This document shows positions 1 through 11,820 of a stretch of DNA of 64,000 bases, one piece after another. The notes below the pieces were generated by a model. The model searched no databases, had not been told where the DNA came from, and saw only the letters and a list, made by a program, of their open reading frames with translations. Each line of letters begins with the position of its first letter. The stretch's first letter is position 1. The translations under genes were made by a program, and so were the position numbers. The stretch is from an uncultured Flavobacteriaceae bacterium (GTDB taxonomy: Bacteria > Bacteroidota > Bacteroidia > Flavobacteriales > Flavobacteriaceae), in the NCBI GenBank assembly GCA_905479835.1, contig CAJQNZ010000002.1, positions 482 through 64,481 on the forward strand, given 5' to 3'.

Positions 1-57
1 TCAGTAGGAGCGAAGGTTCATGAAATGATGAGTCATAGACCTTTGTTTAAATCATAA
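1..57 (+). CDS. glyA: 3' end of serine hydroxymethyltransferase (partial, runs off window)
   Basis: Frame 1 reads SVGAKVHEMMSHRPLFKS*, resembling the flavobacterial GlyA C-terminus, and is followed by a terminator. Only 18 codons are visible. Confidence 0.65.
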   Translation, partial: SVGAKVHEMMSHRPLFKS

Positions 58-89
58 TATCTTTACGAGTTGAGTAAAAATACTACAAT

Positions 90-117
90 AAAAAATCCGC
101 TTTAGCGGATTTTTTTT
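90..117. terminator. Bidirectional intrinsic terminator
   Basis: AAAAAATCCGC-TTTA-GCGGATTTTTTT between convergent glyA and rmuC. Confidence 0.85.
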
Positions 118-1435
118 ATTCATTTTCAGAGGCCCTCTGAATAATAGTTTCTGGAAGGGATTTCTTCGCCTTTGCACCTAGTTTTTTAATCTTCTCAACG
201 GATGTTATTAAGTTTCCGCGTCCTTCGACCAATTTATTCATTGCGCCTTTGTATTCATTTTTGGCCTCATCCATTTTTTTACCAACTTTGGTCAAGTCAG
301 AAATCAATCCTTCAAATTTATCATATAGAGCTCCAGCTTGACGTGCAATTTCAATCGCATTTCGCTGTTGTTTCTCATTATTCCACATACTATCAATAGT
401 CTTTAAAGTAGCTAAAAGAGTAGTAGGTGTAACAATAACAATATTTTTTTCAAAAGCCTTGTTGTATAGTTGATTATCTTGGTTTATTGCAAGTGCAAAT
501 GCAGGCTCTATCGGAATAAAAAGCAATACAAAATCTGGTGATTCTATTTGGTATAAATCTTCATATTTCTTTTCGCTTAATTGTGAAACATGTCGATTAA
601 GAGAAGCGATGTGTTCTTTTAAATATTGAATTGAATCTTCATCATTATCTGCATTGACATATTGTTCATATGCCGTCAATGAAACTTTAGAATCAACAAT
701 CATTTTCTTGTTGTCTGGTAAATGAATGATAACATCTGGACGTAAACGCAATTGGTTTCCTGTCTCATCAGTAAAACTTTTTTCCAATTCATAAGTCACA
801 TCTTTTTCAAGTCCAGATTTTTCTAAAACACGCTCCAGAACTAACTCTCCCCAATTTCCTTGGGTTTTAGAGTCTCCTTTTAATGCTTTGGTAAGATTTA
901 AGGTTTCTTTACTCATTTGATTATTTAACTCTTTGAGACCTATAATCTGTTGACGCAAAGCGGCATGATAATCAATACTTTCTTTATGTGTATCATCAAC
1001 TTTTTTTTCAAATGTTTTTATTTTTTCTTGTAAAGGGTTTAATATAATTTTTAAATTTTCTTGATTCTGTAGTGTTATTTTTTCTGAATTCTTTTCAAGA
1101 ATACCATTAGCCATCAATTCGAAATCTTTTCGCAATTGATTCTGCTGTTCATGTAATTCTTTATCACGATTTTGATTTATTTTTTCTAAATTTTCCAATT
1201 CAGAAACTTTTTTGGTAAGATCAATTGTTAATTCTTCTTTTTCTTTCCTTAAAAGTGTCAAGTCTTCAAGTGATCTATCAATTACTTTATCTTTCTCTTC
1301 TTTTTCTGAAATTAGAGATTTAGTTCTTTCATTTAATGCAGAAGTGTTTTTTTCAAATTTCAACTTTGTGATAATCCAGCCAAGGAATCCACCAAAAATG
1401 AGTGCAATTATGATATAAACTTGATATTGATTCAT
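116..1435 (-). CDS. rmuC: DNA recombination protein RmuC
   Basis: N-terminal TM helix, coiled coil, and the motifs QGNWGE..LERVLE, RPDVII.LP..K..IVDSKVSL and PDFVLLFIP.E. Confidence 0.95.
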   Translation of the reverse strand: MNQYQVYIIIALIFGGFLGWIITKLKFEKNTSALNERTKSLISEKEEKDKVIDRSLEDLTLLRKEKEELTIDLTKKVSELENLEKINQNRDKELHEQQNQLRKDFELMANGILEKNSEKITLQNQENLKIILNPLQEKIKTFEKKVDDTHKESIDYHAALRQQIIGLKELNNQMSKETLNLTKALKGDSKTQGNWGELVLERVLEKSGLEKDVTYELEKSFTDETGNQLRLRPDVIIHLPDNKKMIVDSKVSLTAYEQYVNADNDEDSIQYLKEHIASLNRHVSQLSEKKYEDLYQIESPDFVLLFIPIEPAFALAINQDNQLYNKAFEKNIVIVTPTTLLATLKTIDSMWNNEKQQRNAIEIARQAGALYDKFEGLISDLTKVGKKMDEAKNEYKGAMNKLVEGRGNLITSVEKIKKLGAKAKKSLPETIIQRASENE

Positions 1436-1508
1436 TGTATATAATATTAGTTTATAAAATTAAGAGTTTTATATTTGTCAACACAACTTAGACGAACCTT
1501 TTTACAAG

Positions 1509-2054
1509 ATGTTAAAAATAATTACAAGATTCATTTTTTTTAAGATACTCGGATGGAAAGTTAAAGGAGCATTTCCTGCTGATTTAAAAAAATATGTCCT
1601 TATTGTTGCTCCACATACAAGTTGGGTAGATTTTCCAATTGCGATTTTAATTAACTATGCAACTGATTTAAGAGCCAATTTTGTAGGAAAAGCACCTTTA
1701 TTTAAACCACCATTTGGTTTTATTTTCCGAGGTTTGGGAGGCGCTCCAGTTGATAGATCAAAAAACACCAATATGGTAGATTCAATCGTAACTATTTATA
1801 ATGCACGCGATCGATTTATATTAGGTATTTCTCCTGAAGGAACTCGAAAAAAAGTTGAAACTTGGAGGTCAGGATTTTATTATATTTCCAAAGGTGCTAA
1901 TGTTCCGATTTTATCAGCAGCGCTGGATTTTGAAAATAAAACATTGATTATAAAAGACGAGCAGTTTTTCACAACCAAAGATAAAGATGCTGATATGGCA
2001 CATCTACAATTATTCTTTAAAGGTGTAAAAGGTAAAGTTCCAGAATACAGTTAA
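1509..2054 (+). CDS. 1-acyl-sn-glycerol-3-phosphate acyltransferase family protein
   Basis: PHTSWVD (HxxxxD) and SPEGTR motifs. Confidence 0.9.
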   Translation: MLKIITRFIFFKILGWKVKGAFPADLKKYVLIVAPHTSWVDFPIAILINYATDLRANFVGKAPLFKPPFGFIFRGLGGAPVDRSKNTNMVDSIVTIYNARDRFILGISPEGTRKKVETWRSGFYYISKGANVPILSAALDFENKTLIIKDEQFFTTKDKDADMAHLQLFFKGVKGKVPEYS

Positions 2055-2195
2055 TTTTTTAATTAAATCTGATTTTTATAGTTAAATATAATGATATTAT
2101 TTATGAAAAAAGTCTTAAAAAATTAGGAGAGTATTATTAATATATATATTATTGTATCAGAATTTAGTTTTAATTAACCCTAAACCCCACAAAAA

Positions 2196-2285
2196 TTGAA
2201 AACTAAAAACATTCTTTATTTGCTATTTATAGCTTTTTTTCAACAATTTTTTTGTGGTCTTCTTTTTATTAAAAGAATGTATTAA
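2196..2285 (+). CDS. Possible 29-aa hydrophobic small protein (TTG start)
   Basis: Hand translation gives MKTKNILYLLFIAFFQQFFCGLLFIKRMY*, followed by the inverted repeat ATTAATCGATA/TATCGATTGAT. No homology support. Confidence 0.25.
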   Translation: MKTKNILYLLFIAFFQQFFCGLLFIKRMY

Positions 2286-2359
2286 TCGATAAGTTTATAT
2301 CGATTGATAGTAACAATTTTATATAAAAATTTAATCAATTAACTAAAATAATTAATATT

Positions 2360-2578
2360 ATGAAGAAAAAGTTATCAATTTTTGCAGCATCAATTTTCAT
2401 GCTAACGTTATTTACTCAATGTCAACTTTTCAAAGTTAAAGTTTTGCATAAAGGTAAAGTTATTACAGTTTCAAAAAATGCAGCAGATACACATGTTGCT
2501 CATGGAGATGAAATAATTTCTGGTATTTACAAGCAAGATGATGGTACTCTAATTGAACTACCGTATATACCTGAATAA
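2360..2578 (+). CDS. Small secreted protein or lipoprotein with HKGKxITVSxNAxxxHxxHGD motif
   Basis: Signal peptide ending FTQC (lipobox-like), a His-containing small-domain motif, and a downstream terminator. Confidence 0.7.
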   Translation: MKKKLSIFAASIFMLTLFTQCQLFKVKVLHKGKVITVSKNAADTHVAHGDEIISGIYKQDDGTLIELPYIPE

Positions 2579-2610
2579 ATTATAAATTCAGTTTACAATT
2601 AAATAAGATT

Positions 2611-2647
2611 AAATCGTCTAAAAAGAAATTTTCAGACGATTTTTTTT
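2611..2647 (+). terminator. Intrinsic terminator
   Basis: AAATCGTCT...AGACGATTTTTTTT. Confidence 0.75.
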
Positions 2648-2736
2648 AACCACATTTTTAAGAAGTTATTGAAACTATTGATGAATTTTTATTAATTTTT
2701 TATAAATACAGTCTAATTTCATACTTCTCATAAACT

Positions 2737-3819
2737 TCAATTTTTATAAAAAGGTAATTTTATAACTGTTGCAGGTATTGCTTTTTTACGTACTTGTATA
2801 AAAATCTGGCTACCTCTTTTGGCCATTATTGTTGGCACATAACCCATTCCTATTCCTTTTTTCAATGATGGACTCATAGTTCCAGAAGTAACATTTCCTA
2901 TTTTATGGCCATTACCATCTACAATATCATATCCTTGACGCGGAATTCCTCTTTCATTTAATTCAAATGCAATGAGTCTACGTTCTGGTTTGTGTTCTTT
3001 CTCTTTACGTAATGCTTCACAATTGATAAAATCTTTAGTAAACTTTGTAATCCAACTTAATCCAGCCTCAATAGGAGAAGTAGTATCATCAATATCATTT
3101 CCGTACAAGCAATAACCCATTTCTAATCGTAATGTATCACGTGCAGCTAGTCCAATTGGTTTTATTCCAAATTCTTTTCCGGCTTCCATCACTTTATTCC
3201 ATACTTGCTCAACCTCTTCATTCTTACAGTAGATCTCAAACCCTCCAGAACCTGTATATCCTGTTGCTGAAATAATAATATGTTCAATTCCTGCAAAATC
3301 AGCAATTTTAAAAGTGTAAAATTTAATTTCTGACAAATCAATTGAAGTCAATGATTGCATTGCTTCAACTGCTTTAGGCCCTTGAATTGCAAGAAGAGAA
3401 TACCCTTCAGAAAGATTCCTCATTTCGGCATTCATAGAATTATGTGATGAAATCCAGTTCCAATCTTTATCAATATTGGAAGCATTTACAACCAATAAGT
3501 AAGAATTTTCTTTTATTCTATAACATATTAAATCATCAACAATTCCTCCATCAGCATTTGGCATACAAGAATATTGTGCATCTCCTATTTCTAATTTTGA
3601 AGCATCATTAGAAGTGACTTTTTGAATTAAGTCTAATGCATTTTCTCCTTCAATAAGGAATTCTCCCATATGAGATACATCAAATACACCTACGCCATTT
3701 CTTACAGTTTCATGTTCTGCATTCACACCTTCGTATGAAACAGGCATATTGTATCCTGCGAATGGAACTAATTTTGCTCCAAGAGCCTCGTGAATATGTG
3801 TCAATGCTGTATTTTTCAT
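2737..3819 (-). CDS. gcvT: Glycine cleavage system aminomethyltransferase T
   Basis: [20 protein letters not shown] and [13 protein letters not shown] motifs. Confidence 0.97.
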   Translation of the reverse strand: MKNTALTHIHEALGAKLVPFAGYNMPVSYEGVNAEHETVRNGVGVFDVSHMGEFLIEGENALDLIQKVTSNDASKLEIGDAQYSCMPNADGGIVDDLICYRIKENSYLLVVNASNIDKDWNWISSHNSMNAEMRNLSEGYSLLAIQGPKAVEAMQSLTSIDLSEIKFYTFKIADFAGIEHIIISATGYTGSGGFEIYCKNEEVEQVWNKVMEAGKEFGIKPIGLAARDTLRLEMGYCLYGNDIDDTTSPIEAGLSWITKFTKDFINCEALRKEKEHKPERRLIAFELNERGIPRQGYDIVDGNGHKIGNVTSGTMSPSLKKGIGMGYVPTIMAKRGSQIFIQVRKKAIPATVIKLPFYKN

Positions 3820-3940
3820 GTGTATAAGTTTTGCTGCAATTTATAAAATATAGGAGTTACACTAAAATTAAGTTAATGTTTATTTAAAAAAATAAAAATA
3901 GTAGATTGTTTATTATATTTGGCATATAAAAATTTTAAAA

Positions 3941-5401
3941 ATGAAAAACAATATCATCTTCTCAGTATTATTTTGTCTAATAGCAAATCTTGGTTTCAGT
4001 CAAACTGACCTTCCAACTGATTATTTATCTTCAGATTTTCATAAAGACAGACGTGAATCTTTACGTAAATCAATGCCAGAAAATAGTGTTGCAATTATTT
4101 TTGCCAATCCTGTAAGGAATCGAGCAAATGATGTAGATTATATCTATCATCAAGACCCTAATTTTCAATATCTGACAGGTTATAAGGAACCAAATTCGGT
4201 ATTGTTGATCTTTTCAGAAGACCAAGTTAATGGTGATAACAATTTTAATGAATTAATTTATGTTCAGAAAAGAGACGCATCAAAAGAGATGTGGTATGGA
4301 AGAAGGCTTGGAGTAGATGGTGTATCTCAAAAACTAGGTTTTTCTGATGTATATAATGGCGAAGATTTTAAAAACATTCCTGTTGATTTTTCAAAGTTTG
4401 ACAAGGTAATGTTTAAAAACTTCCGTAACGATGTTCGTGATTCTAAGCGTAATGACGCAGATTTATATAGTTTAATTGAGCAGTTTAAGACTAAGGTTTC
4501 TTATGAATCAATTCCATCTGCAATTCCTGCAGACGAAAAAATTGTAGAAGTAGAGACTAATATTGATGTGAAAACTTTAACAACCTTAATGGCAAGTCTT
4601 CGTGAGATTAAAACGAAAGACGAATTGGTGTTATTGAAGAAAGCATGTGAAATCTCTGCGGTAGGACAGATAGAAATGATGAAAGCGATGACTCCTGCAA
4701 TGTCTGAAGCAGAAATTCAAGGAATTCATGAATTCGTATATAAAAAATATGGTGTTGAATACGAAGGATATCCTTCTATTGTAGGTGCAGGAAATAATGG
4801 ATGTGTATTGCATTATATAGATAATTCTAAAATGAGCGCAGGAAAAGAGATGGTATTAATGGATCTTGGAGCAGAATATCATGGTTATACAGCAGATGTA
4901 ACGCGTACAATTCCTGCAAATGGAAAATTTAATACTGAACAAAGAGCAATATATGATTTGGTTTATGCGGCACAAGAAGCTGGAATTGCAAAAACTGTAA
5001 TAGGTAGTCATATGAGAAAAGATATTGATAAAGCAGGAAGAGACATTATCAATCAAGGATTATTTGATCTTGGAATAATTGAGTCTGTTGATCAAAAACA
5101 TTTATATTTCCCTCATGGAACTTCTCATCATATAGGACTAGATGTACATGATTTAAGTAACAGAGGTTTATTACAAGAAAATATGATTATTACTGTTGAA
5201 CCTGGGATTTACATTCCAGAGGGAAGTGATTGTGATGAAAAATGGTGGGGAATAGCAGTAAGAATTGAAGATTGTATCTTAGTTACCAAAGACGGACCAG
5301 TAAATTTTTCTGGAATGGCTCCTAGAAAAGCAAGTGAGATTGAAGAAGTTATGAAAGAGCAAAGTATATTAAATGCTTTCAGTTTACCAGTGTTGGATTA
5401 A
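3941..5401 (+). CDS. Xaa-Pro aminopeptidase (M24B) with signal peptide
   Basis: Metal-ligand motifs DLGAEY..Y.ADVTRT, HGTSHHIGLDVHD, TVEPGIY and VRIED. Confidence 0.92.
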   Translation: MKNNIIFSVLFCLIANLGFSQTDLPTDYLSSDFHKDRRESLRKSMPENSVAIIFANPVRNRANDVDYIYHQDPNFQYLTGYKEPNSVLLIFSEDQVNGDNNFNELIYVQKRDASKEMWYGRRLGVDGVSQKLGFSDVYNGEDFKNIPVDFSKFDKVMFKNFRNDVRDSKRNDADLYSLIEQFKTKVSYESIPSAIPADEKIVEVETNIDVKTLTTLMASLREIKTKDELVLLKKACEISAVGQIEMMKAMTPAMSEAEIQGIHEFVYKKYGVEYEGYPSIVGAGNNGCVLHYIDNSKMSAGKEMVLMDLGAEYHGYTADVTRTIPANGKFNTEQRAIYDLVYAAQEAGIAKTVIGSHMRKDIDKAGRDIINQGLFDLGIIESVDQKHLYFPHGTSHHIGLDVHDLSNRGLLQENMIITVEPGIYIPEGSDCDEKWWGIAVRIEDCILVTKDGPVNFSGMAPRKASEIEEVMKEQSILNAFSLPVLD

Positions 5402-5438
5402 AATTATTTTCACGCAATTCATTTATAAAATTATACAA

Positions 5439-6944
5439 ATGAAAAAAATAGTGCTTTTATTTATTTTTTTACTAATGATTTCATGTGAAAAAGATGATGG
5501 GAAATTAGATTTTATTATAGTTCAAGTAAATGATGTTTATGAAATTGATGCATTGGAAGGTGGAAAGAGTGGAGGAATGGCAAGAGTTGCGAACTTATAC
5601 AATGAATTAAAAGCTGAAAATCCTAATACACTTCTTGTTCATGCAGGAGATTTCTTAAATCCTTCTTTATTGGGAACCCTTAGAGATGAAAATGGACAGC
5701 GATACAGAGGAAAACAAATGATTGACGTAATGAATGCGATGGAGTTTGATCTTGTTGCTTTTGGAAATCACGAGTTTGACTTGCCATATAACGATTTGCA
5801 GAAAAGACTGAATGAATCAACATTTCAATGGATAGGAACGAATATTAAATTTAAAAATGATTCAATAACAACTCCATTTTATGTGGAAAAGGATAGTGTT
5901 AAAACTACTATTCCAAAGACAGTTACCTTTGATTTTAAGGATGTAGATGGAACAATTCTAAATGTTGGTTTTTTCAGTGCTACTATTAATTCTAATCCTA
6001 AAGCATATGTTGATTATGGAGATCTGTATCAAGACGCTATTAATGCATATAATTCCTTAAAATCAACATCTGATGTTGTATTGGGATTGACACACCTTAG
6101 TATTTCACAAGATAAATTAATTGCGAATTCTTTACCAAATGTTCCATTGATACTTGGAGGTCATGAGCATAATAATATGCTTGTTCCTGTGGGTGATGCA
6201 TTGATATCTAAAGCAGATGCTAATGCTAAAACGGCATATGTACATACAATCACATTTGACAAGAAAACAAAGCAAACGACGATTGATTCTGAACTAGTTT
6301 TAATAAACAACTCGATTGAAGAAGATGAAACGATAGCAACTGTAATTCAGAAATGGAATGAGGTATTAGATGAAAAATTGAAAGTTGTAATTGATAATCC
6401 TTATGAAGTTATTTACACTTCCGCAATTCCTCTTGATGGTCGAGATACACAAATACGAAGTGAGCAAACGAATTTAGGTAAAATAATTGCTGCATCTATG
6501 TCTTATGCTTATAATGATTATGTTGATTGTGCTATTGTTCATGGAGGATCTATTCGTATAGATGATAGATTGCAGGGTGAAATAACGGGTGTTGATATTT
6601 TTCGAGTATTGCCATTTGGCGGTGGCATCTATAAAGTTGAAATGACAGGAGAATTACTAGAGAAATCATTGCAATATAGCCGACTTAAAGCAGGGACTGG
6701 AGCCTATCTTCAACTGCATAATACATCATATGATATCAATACTAAATCATGGAAAGTAGCCGGTAATTCAATTCTTAAAAACAAAATTTATACCGTCGCA
6801 GTTCCAGATTATTTATTGTTGGGATACGATATTCCATTCTTAAAAAGAGGTGTAAAAGGATTGAAAAAAGTATATGAAAACCCGGAAAATCATCCTGGAA
6901 ATGACATTCGAAAAGTAGTTATTAATTACTTTAATACATTATAA
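5439..6944 (+). CDS. Bifunctional metallophosphatase / 5'-nucleotidase lipoprotein
   Basis: NDVYE, AGDF, GNHEFD and GGHEH motifs. Start moved to ATG 5439 (MKKIVLL...ISC lipobox). Confidence 0.9.
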   Translation: MKKIVLLFIFLLMISCEKDDGKLDFIIVQVNDVYEIDALEGGKSGGMARVANLYNELKAENPNTLLVHAGDFLNPSLLGTLRDENGQRYRGKQMIDVMNAMEFDLVAFGNHEFDLPYNDLQKRLNESTFQWIGTNIKFKNDSITTPFYVEKDSVKTTIPKTVTFDFKDVDGTILNVGFFSATINSNPKAYVDYGDLYQDAINAYNSLKSTSDVVLGLTHLSISQDKLIANSLPNVPLILGGHEHNNMLVPVGDALISKADANAKTAYVHTITFDKKTKQTTIDSELVLINNSIEEDETIATVIQKWNEVLDEKLKVVIDNPYEVIYTSAIPLDGRDTQIRSEQTNLGKIIAASMSYAYNDYVDCAIVHGGSIRIDDRLQGEITGVDIFRVLPFGGGIYKVEMTGELLEKSLQYSRLKAGTGAYLQLHNTSYDINTKSWKVAGNSILKNKIYTVAVPDYLLLGYDIPFLKRGVKGLKKVYENPENHPGNDIRKVVINYFNTL

Positions 6945-6955
6945 ACATTTACATA

Positions 6956-9187
6956 TTAGAATATAAACTCTAAGCCTCCATAAATTCCAAATGGATGACC
7001 TGGCCTTAAACCTGCAGGAACTCTTGAAACAGCATATGTATTATCTAATAGGTTGATGATATTTCCTGTCAAACTTAATTTTTTATTTACATAATACTTA
7101 CAAGAAAAATCGACAATAAAATTTGAATCTACTCTTTCGCTAGTAGGAATAGTTCCATTACCTGCTAAAGTTCTAAAGATGCCATTAAATCTCCCGTTCA
7201 TATTTATTTCATACTTTTTATGTTCTAAAGATAAAGAAGTATTAAATTGATGCTTAGGAATATAAGGTAATTCATCTCCTTCTGTAACAATTCCCCAAAG
7301 GCCATCTGAACTTCCAAAACTGTTTTGAAATTCAGTATTTGTGTACGTATATCCAAAAGAAATAGGTAGAGAAATTTTTGAGTCTTTTTTTGCAAAATTA
7401 TAATTTAGTAATAATTCCATTCCACTTACATTCACTTCTCCAGCATTAAACTGATCCAATGAACCTGTTCCTCCTGTCGCTGCTAAATCACTTCCCAAGA
7501 GATTGGAATAATCATTAAAGAAACCTACAACTTCACCTTGTATTTTTCCAATTTTAAAACGAGTACCTACTTCGTAATTAATACTTTCTTCTGGTTTTTG
7601 TCCGTCTTGATTTCCAGGAGGTGAAAACCCTTTGTGAATACCCCCAAATAAAGAAAGGTCATTGTTAAATTTGTAATTTGCACCCATACCTGGAATAAAA
7701 ACACCAACCGAATTTTCTCTAGTAGATAGATTTATACCTGTTCTTGTAACATCATTTTTGCCAAAATCTTTTCTTTTCAATGTGATATTTTCATATCGAA
7801 TTCCTGGAGTAAATGTCCAATTATTATATTTTAATTTATAAGTAATGTAAGATGCAAATGCTTTTGCACTACTTATTCTATTGGCATCTGTACCATGAAC
7901 TCCAGCTGTTGTTAATGTTAAATCACCAGAATCAGAAATTCCATACGTATCAACCCATTGAAATCTATCTTCTTCATCATAATGATAGCGAAAACCAATT
8001 TCTAAATCGTGAAAAGCATCCCCTTTATACCAATGATAATCAAATTTTGTCTGAATACCTTGAGATAAATATTCTCTGTTATTTGCTTTAATTCCTAATG
8101 CATCAGCATTAGAATTTACACTTCCATTTACAATAGAAAAATGATCAGATAAAGTAGAAGGATCTTGTAAAACGTTCGCAATTGATTGCTTATTACCGTT
8201 AAAAGTAACATCATTTAATTTATACCAATTTCTAGCAAATTTATTCTGATATGCTGTTGTAGAAATCCTGAAATTTTTAGAAAAATCTAGATGATGAGTA
8301 ACCATATATTGTATATGGTCTGTTGTCATTCGATCATTATTGGAAGAAGCATATCTGTTATAAGGATTTGTTTTAAAATCGTTTTCTGTCAATCCTAAAT
8401 AAGTTTCATTTCCATCTTCATCAGCGTATTGAAATTTAAACTCTAGAGATTGTTTTACAGAAGCATTTGGAAATAAGTTAACACCAATTTTGGCAACAAT
8501 ATCATTTTTATTGAATCCTGTGCTTTTACCACTTGGCAAATTTTTAAATCCATCAGATCCATAATTTAAATACTCTAGAACATAACCAAACCTTTCATTT
8601 CCTCCACCTATTTTAGCATGTAATTGATTCGAATTAAAACTCCCATAACTTGCTCTTATTTTACCAGAAAAATCTGTAGGTATCTGAGCAGAAATAAGAT
8701 TAATTGCTCCTCCAGAAGTAAATGGTCCATATTGAACTTGGCTACTCCCTTTTAAAACTTCTACAGCTTCCATTCTTGCAATTGTAGGAAAATAATAGGC
8801 CGATGAAGCACTGTATGGAGCAGGAGCAATCAAAACTCCGTCTTCCATCATTGTAATTTTAGAACTTCTTTCTGGAGAAGTTCCCCTCAAGCTTATATTT
8901 GGACGTAAGCCATATCCATCTTCTTCGTATATAGTAACTCCAGGAACATTTCTTAGCACTCTATTTACATCTGTAGCACTAAATTTTTGCAATTCTTTTG
9001 GTGATACATAATATGCAGAACCTGTTCTATTATTAGCGACATATTTATTTCCAAAAATCACATTGGTAGAAATAATTACTTCGTCCAAACTTTGTAATGA
9101 ATCTAAAGATTGTTCTTTTATAAGATTTTCTTGTGCTACTAAAGTAACTGAAAATAAGAATGTTAATAGTAATAAGGCTCTTTTCAT
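6956..9187 (-). CDS. TonB-dependent receptor, FecA-like, probably iron-regulated
   Basis: Signal peptide, plug motifs (GLRPNISLRG; EVLKG...YG...GGAIN), C-terminal Phe, and upstream Fur-box-like sites. Confidence 0.9.
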   Translation of the reverse strand: MKRALLLLTFLFSVTLVAQENLIKEQSLDSLQSLDEVIISTNVIFGNKYVANNRTGSAYYVSPKELQKFSATDVNRVLRNVPGVTIYEEDGYGLRPNISLRGTSPERSSKITMMEDGVLIAPAPYSASSAYYFPTIARMEAVEVLKGSSQVQYGPFTSGGAINLISAQIPTDFSGKIRASYGSFNSNQLHAKIGGGNERFGYVLEYLNYGSDGFKNLPSGKSTGFNKNDIVAKIGVNLFPNASVKQSLEFKFQYADEDGNETYLGLTENDFKTNPYNRYASSNNDRMTTDHIQYMVTHHLDFSKNFRISTTAYQNKFARNWYKLNDVTFNGNKQSIANVLQDPSTLSDHFSIVNGSVNSNADALGIKANNREYLSQGIQTKFDYHWYKGDAFHDLEIGFRYHYDEEDRFQWVDTYGISDSGDLTLTTAGVHGTDANRISSAKAFASYITYKLKYNNWTFTPGIRYENITLKRKDFGKNDVTRTGINLSTRENSVGVFIPGMGANYKFNNDLSLFGGIHKGFSPPGNQDGQKPEESINYEVGTRFKIGKIQGEVVGFFNDYSNLLGSDLAATGGTGSLDQFNAGEVNVSGMELLLNYNFAKKDSKISLPISFGYTYTNTEFQNSFGSSDGLWGIVTEGDELPYIPKHQFNTSLSLEHKKYEINMNGRFNGIFRTLAGNGTIPTSERVDSNFIVDFSCKYYVNKKLSLTGNIINLLDNTYAVSRVPAGLRPGHPFGIYGGLEFIF

Positions 9188-9283
9188 TTATTTAGACCAA
9201 TTATAAATAGTAATATAAATTCGGATGCAAATATACAACTCACTAATAGATGTGCAAATTTTATTTAGAATAAATAAAAATAA
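9188..9283. promoter_or_regulatory. Two Fur-box-like sites flanking a minus-strand TAnnTTTG promoter
   Basis: TTATTTAGACCAATTATAAATAG (9188-9210) and TTATTTAGAATAAATAAAAATAA (9261-9283) resemble the TTATTTAGA-N5-TCTAAATAA palindrome recalled for flavobacterial iron genes. The -7 element TATATTTG lies at 9235-9228. Confidence 0.65.
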
Positions 9284-9407
9284 AAATCATAACTATAAGA
9301 TTGCCAGTTGCATAAAAAAAATGATAAGGTGATAATGAAAATGATCTAATCAGTACTATTGACAGGTGTTTAAAATTAATATTCTTAAAATCAATAATTA
9401 GTTGTAA

Positions 9408-10910
<1,503 letters not shown>

Positions 10911-10918
10911 AATTACTA

Positions 10919-10954
10919 AGCAACTTCTATAAAGTAGTTTTTATGGAAGTTGCT
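10919..10954. terminator. Hairpin terminator between convergent genes
   Basis: AGCAACTTCTATAAA...TTTATGGAAGTTGCT. Confidence 0.7.
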
Positions 10955-10962
10955 GATAAAGA

Positions 10963-11745
10963 TTACTCTTTAATGCATCGAATTCCTGCACCTATTTGTA
11001 TTGCGTTTTCTGAATATAGTATTGATCCAGAATCAAATAATTGAATACTTGTTCTTGTCTGAGATCCAACAATTACTCCAGTTAATTCACTTGTAGCCCA
11101 AGTACATACTCCATTGGCTAAAGTAGCAGTCCCTACAGTACTTACGTAACCATTCGGCACTGCTTTAAAGCCATATACATCCGTTCCATTTCCTGAACTT
11201 TGAAACCATCCTGTTTTTGTTTTTAAAACTGTCGCTTCATTACCTGCATGTCCGTCAGTTGTAATGAAATTTTCTAGAGTTTTAAAATCTGCTTTGGTAG
11301 GTATGCGCCATCCTTCTGGTGCTAATTTTCCAGATTCAATTGCAAAATGATTGTACATTGCTCCATAGGCATCGAAAGTTAGTTCTTCATCTACTACATT
11401 ATTTAAATCAGAGGTGTCAGCCCAACGATAGTGTCCAATTTCATTATTTAAACTTCCCCAATTTGAACCAAATTCTTCGAATGTAAATTCAACTATGGGT
11501 GTACCGTCATTATATTTGGTTGTTTTTAGATTTTCTAGCATCCATACTTGATTCCCAATTTTAATAGTATTATATAAATTTCCATCTACATCTGTTACTG
11601 TAATTGGAGTATTATTTTCTGGCTCTGTAGGTTCTTCAACTTGTTCTGTTTCTTCAGTTTGTAGTGTTTGGTCATCATCATCATTACATTGAATGAATAT
11701 GATTGAAAGCAAAATGAAAACTGAGAGAATAATTATTTTTTTCAT
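10963..11745 (-). CDS. Lipoprotein with Fibrobacter succinogenes major paralogous (FISUMP) domain
   Basis: Lipobox, D.DGN.Y.T.KIG.Q.W..ENL, P.GW.IPT and a terminal IRCIK. Confidence 0.88.
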   Translation of the reverse strand: MKKIIILSVFILLSIIFIQCNDDDDQTLQTEETEQVEEPTEPENNTPITVTDVDGNLYNTIKIGNQVWMLENLKTTKYNDGTPIVEFTFEEFGSNWGSLNNEIGHYRWADTSDLNNVVDEELTFDAYGAMYNHFAIESGKLAPEGWRIPTKADFKTLENFITTDGHAGNEATVLKTKTGWFQSSGNGTDVYGFKAVPNGYVSTVGTATLANGVCTWATSELTGVIVGSQTRTSIQLFDSGSILYSENAIQIGAGIRCIKE

Positions 11746-11820
11746 TATAGAGGGGTTTTTTAAATATTTTATTGAAAATAAATGTATAAAATTTAGTTTT
11801 TGATTTAATCAATTGATTAG

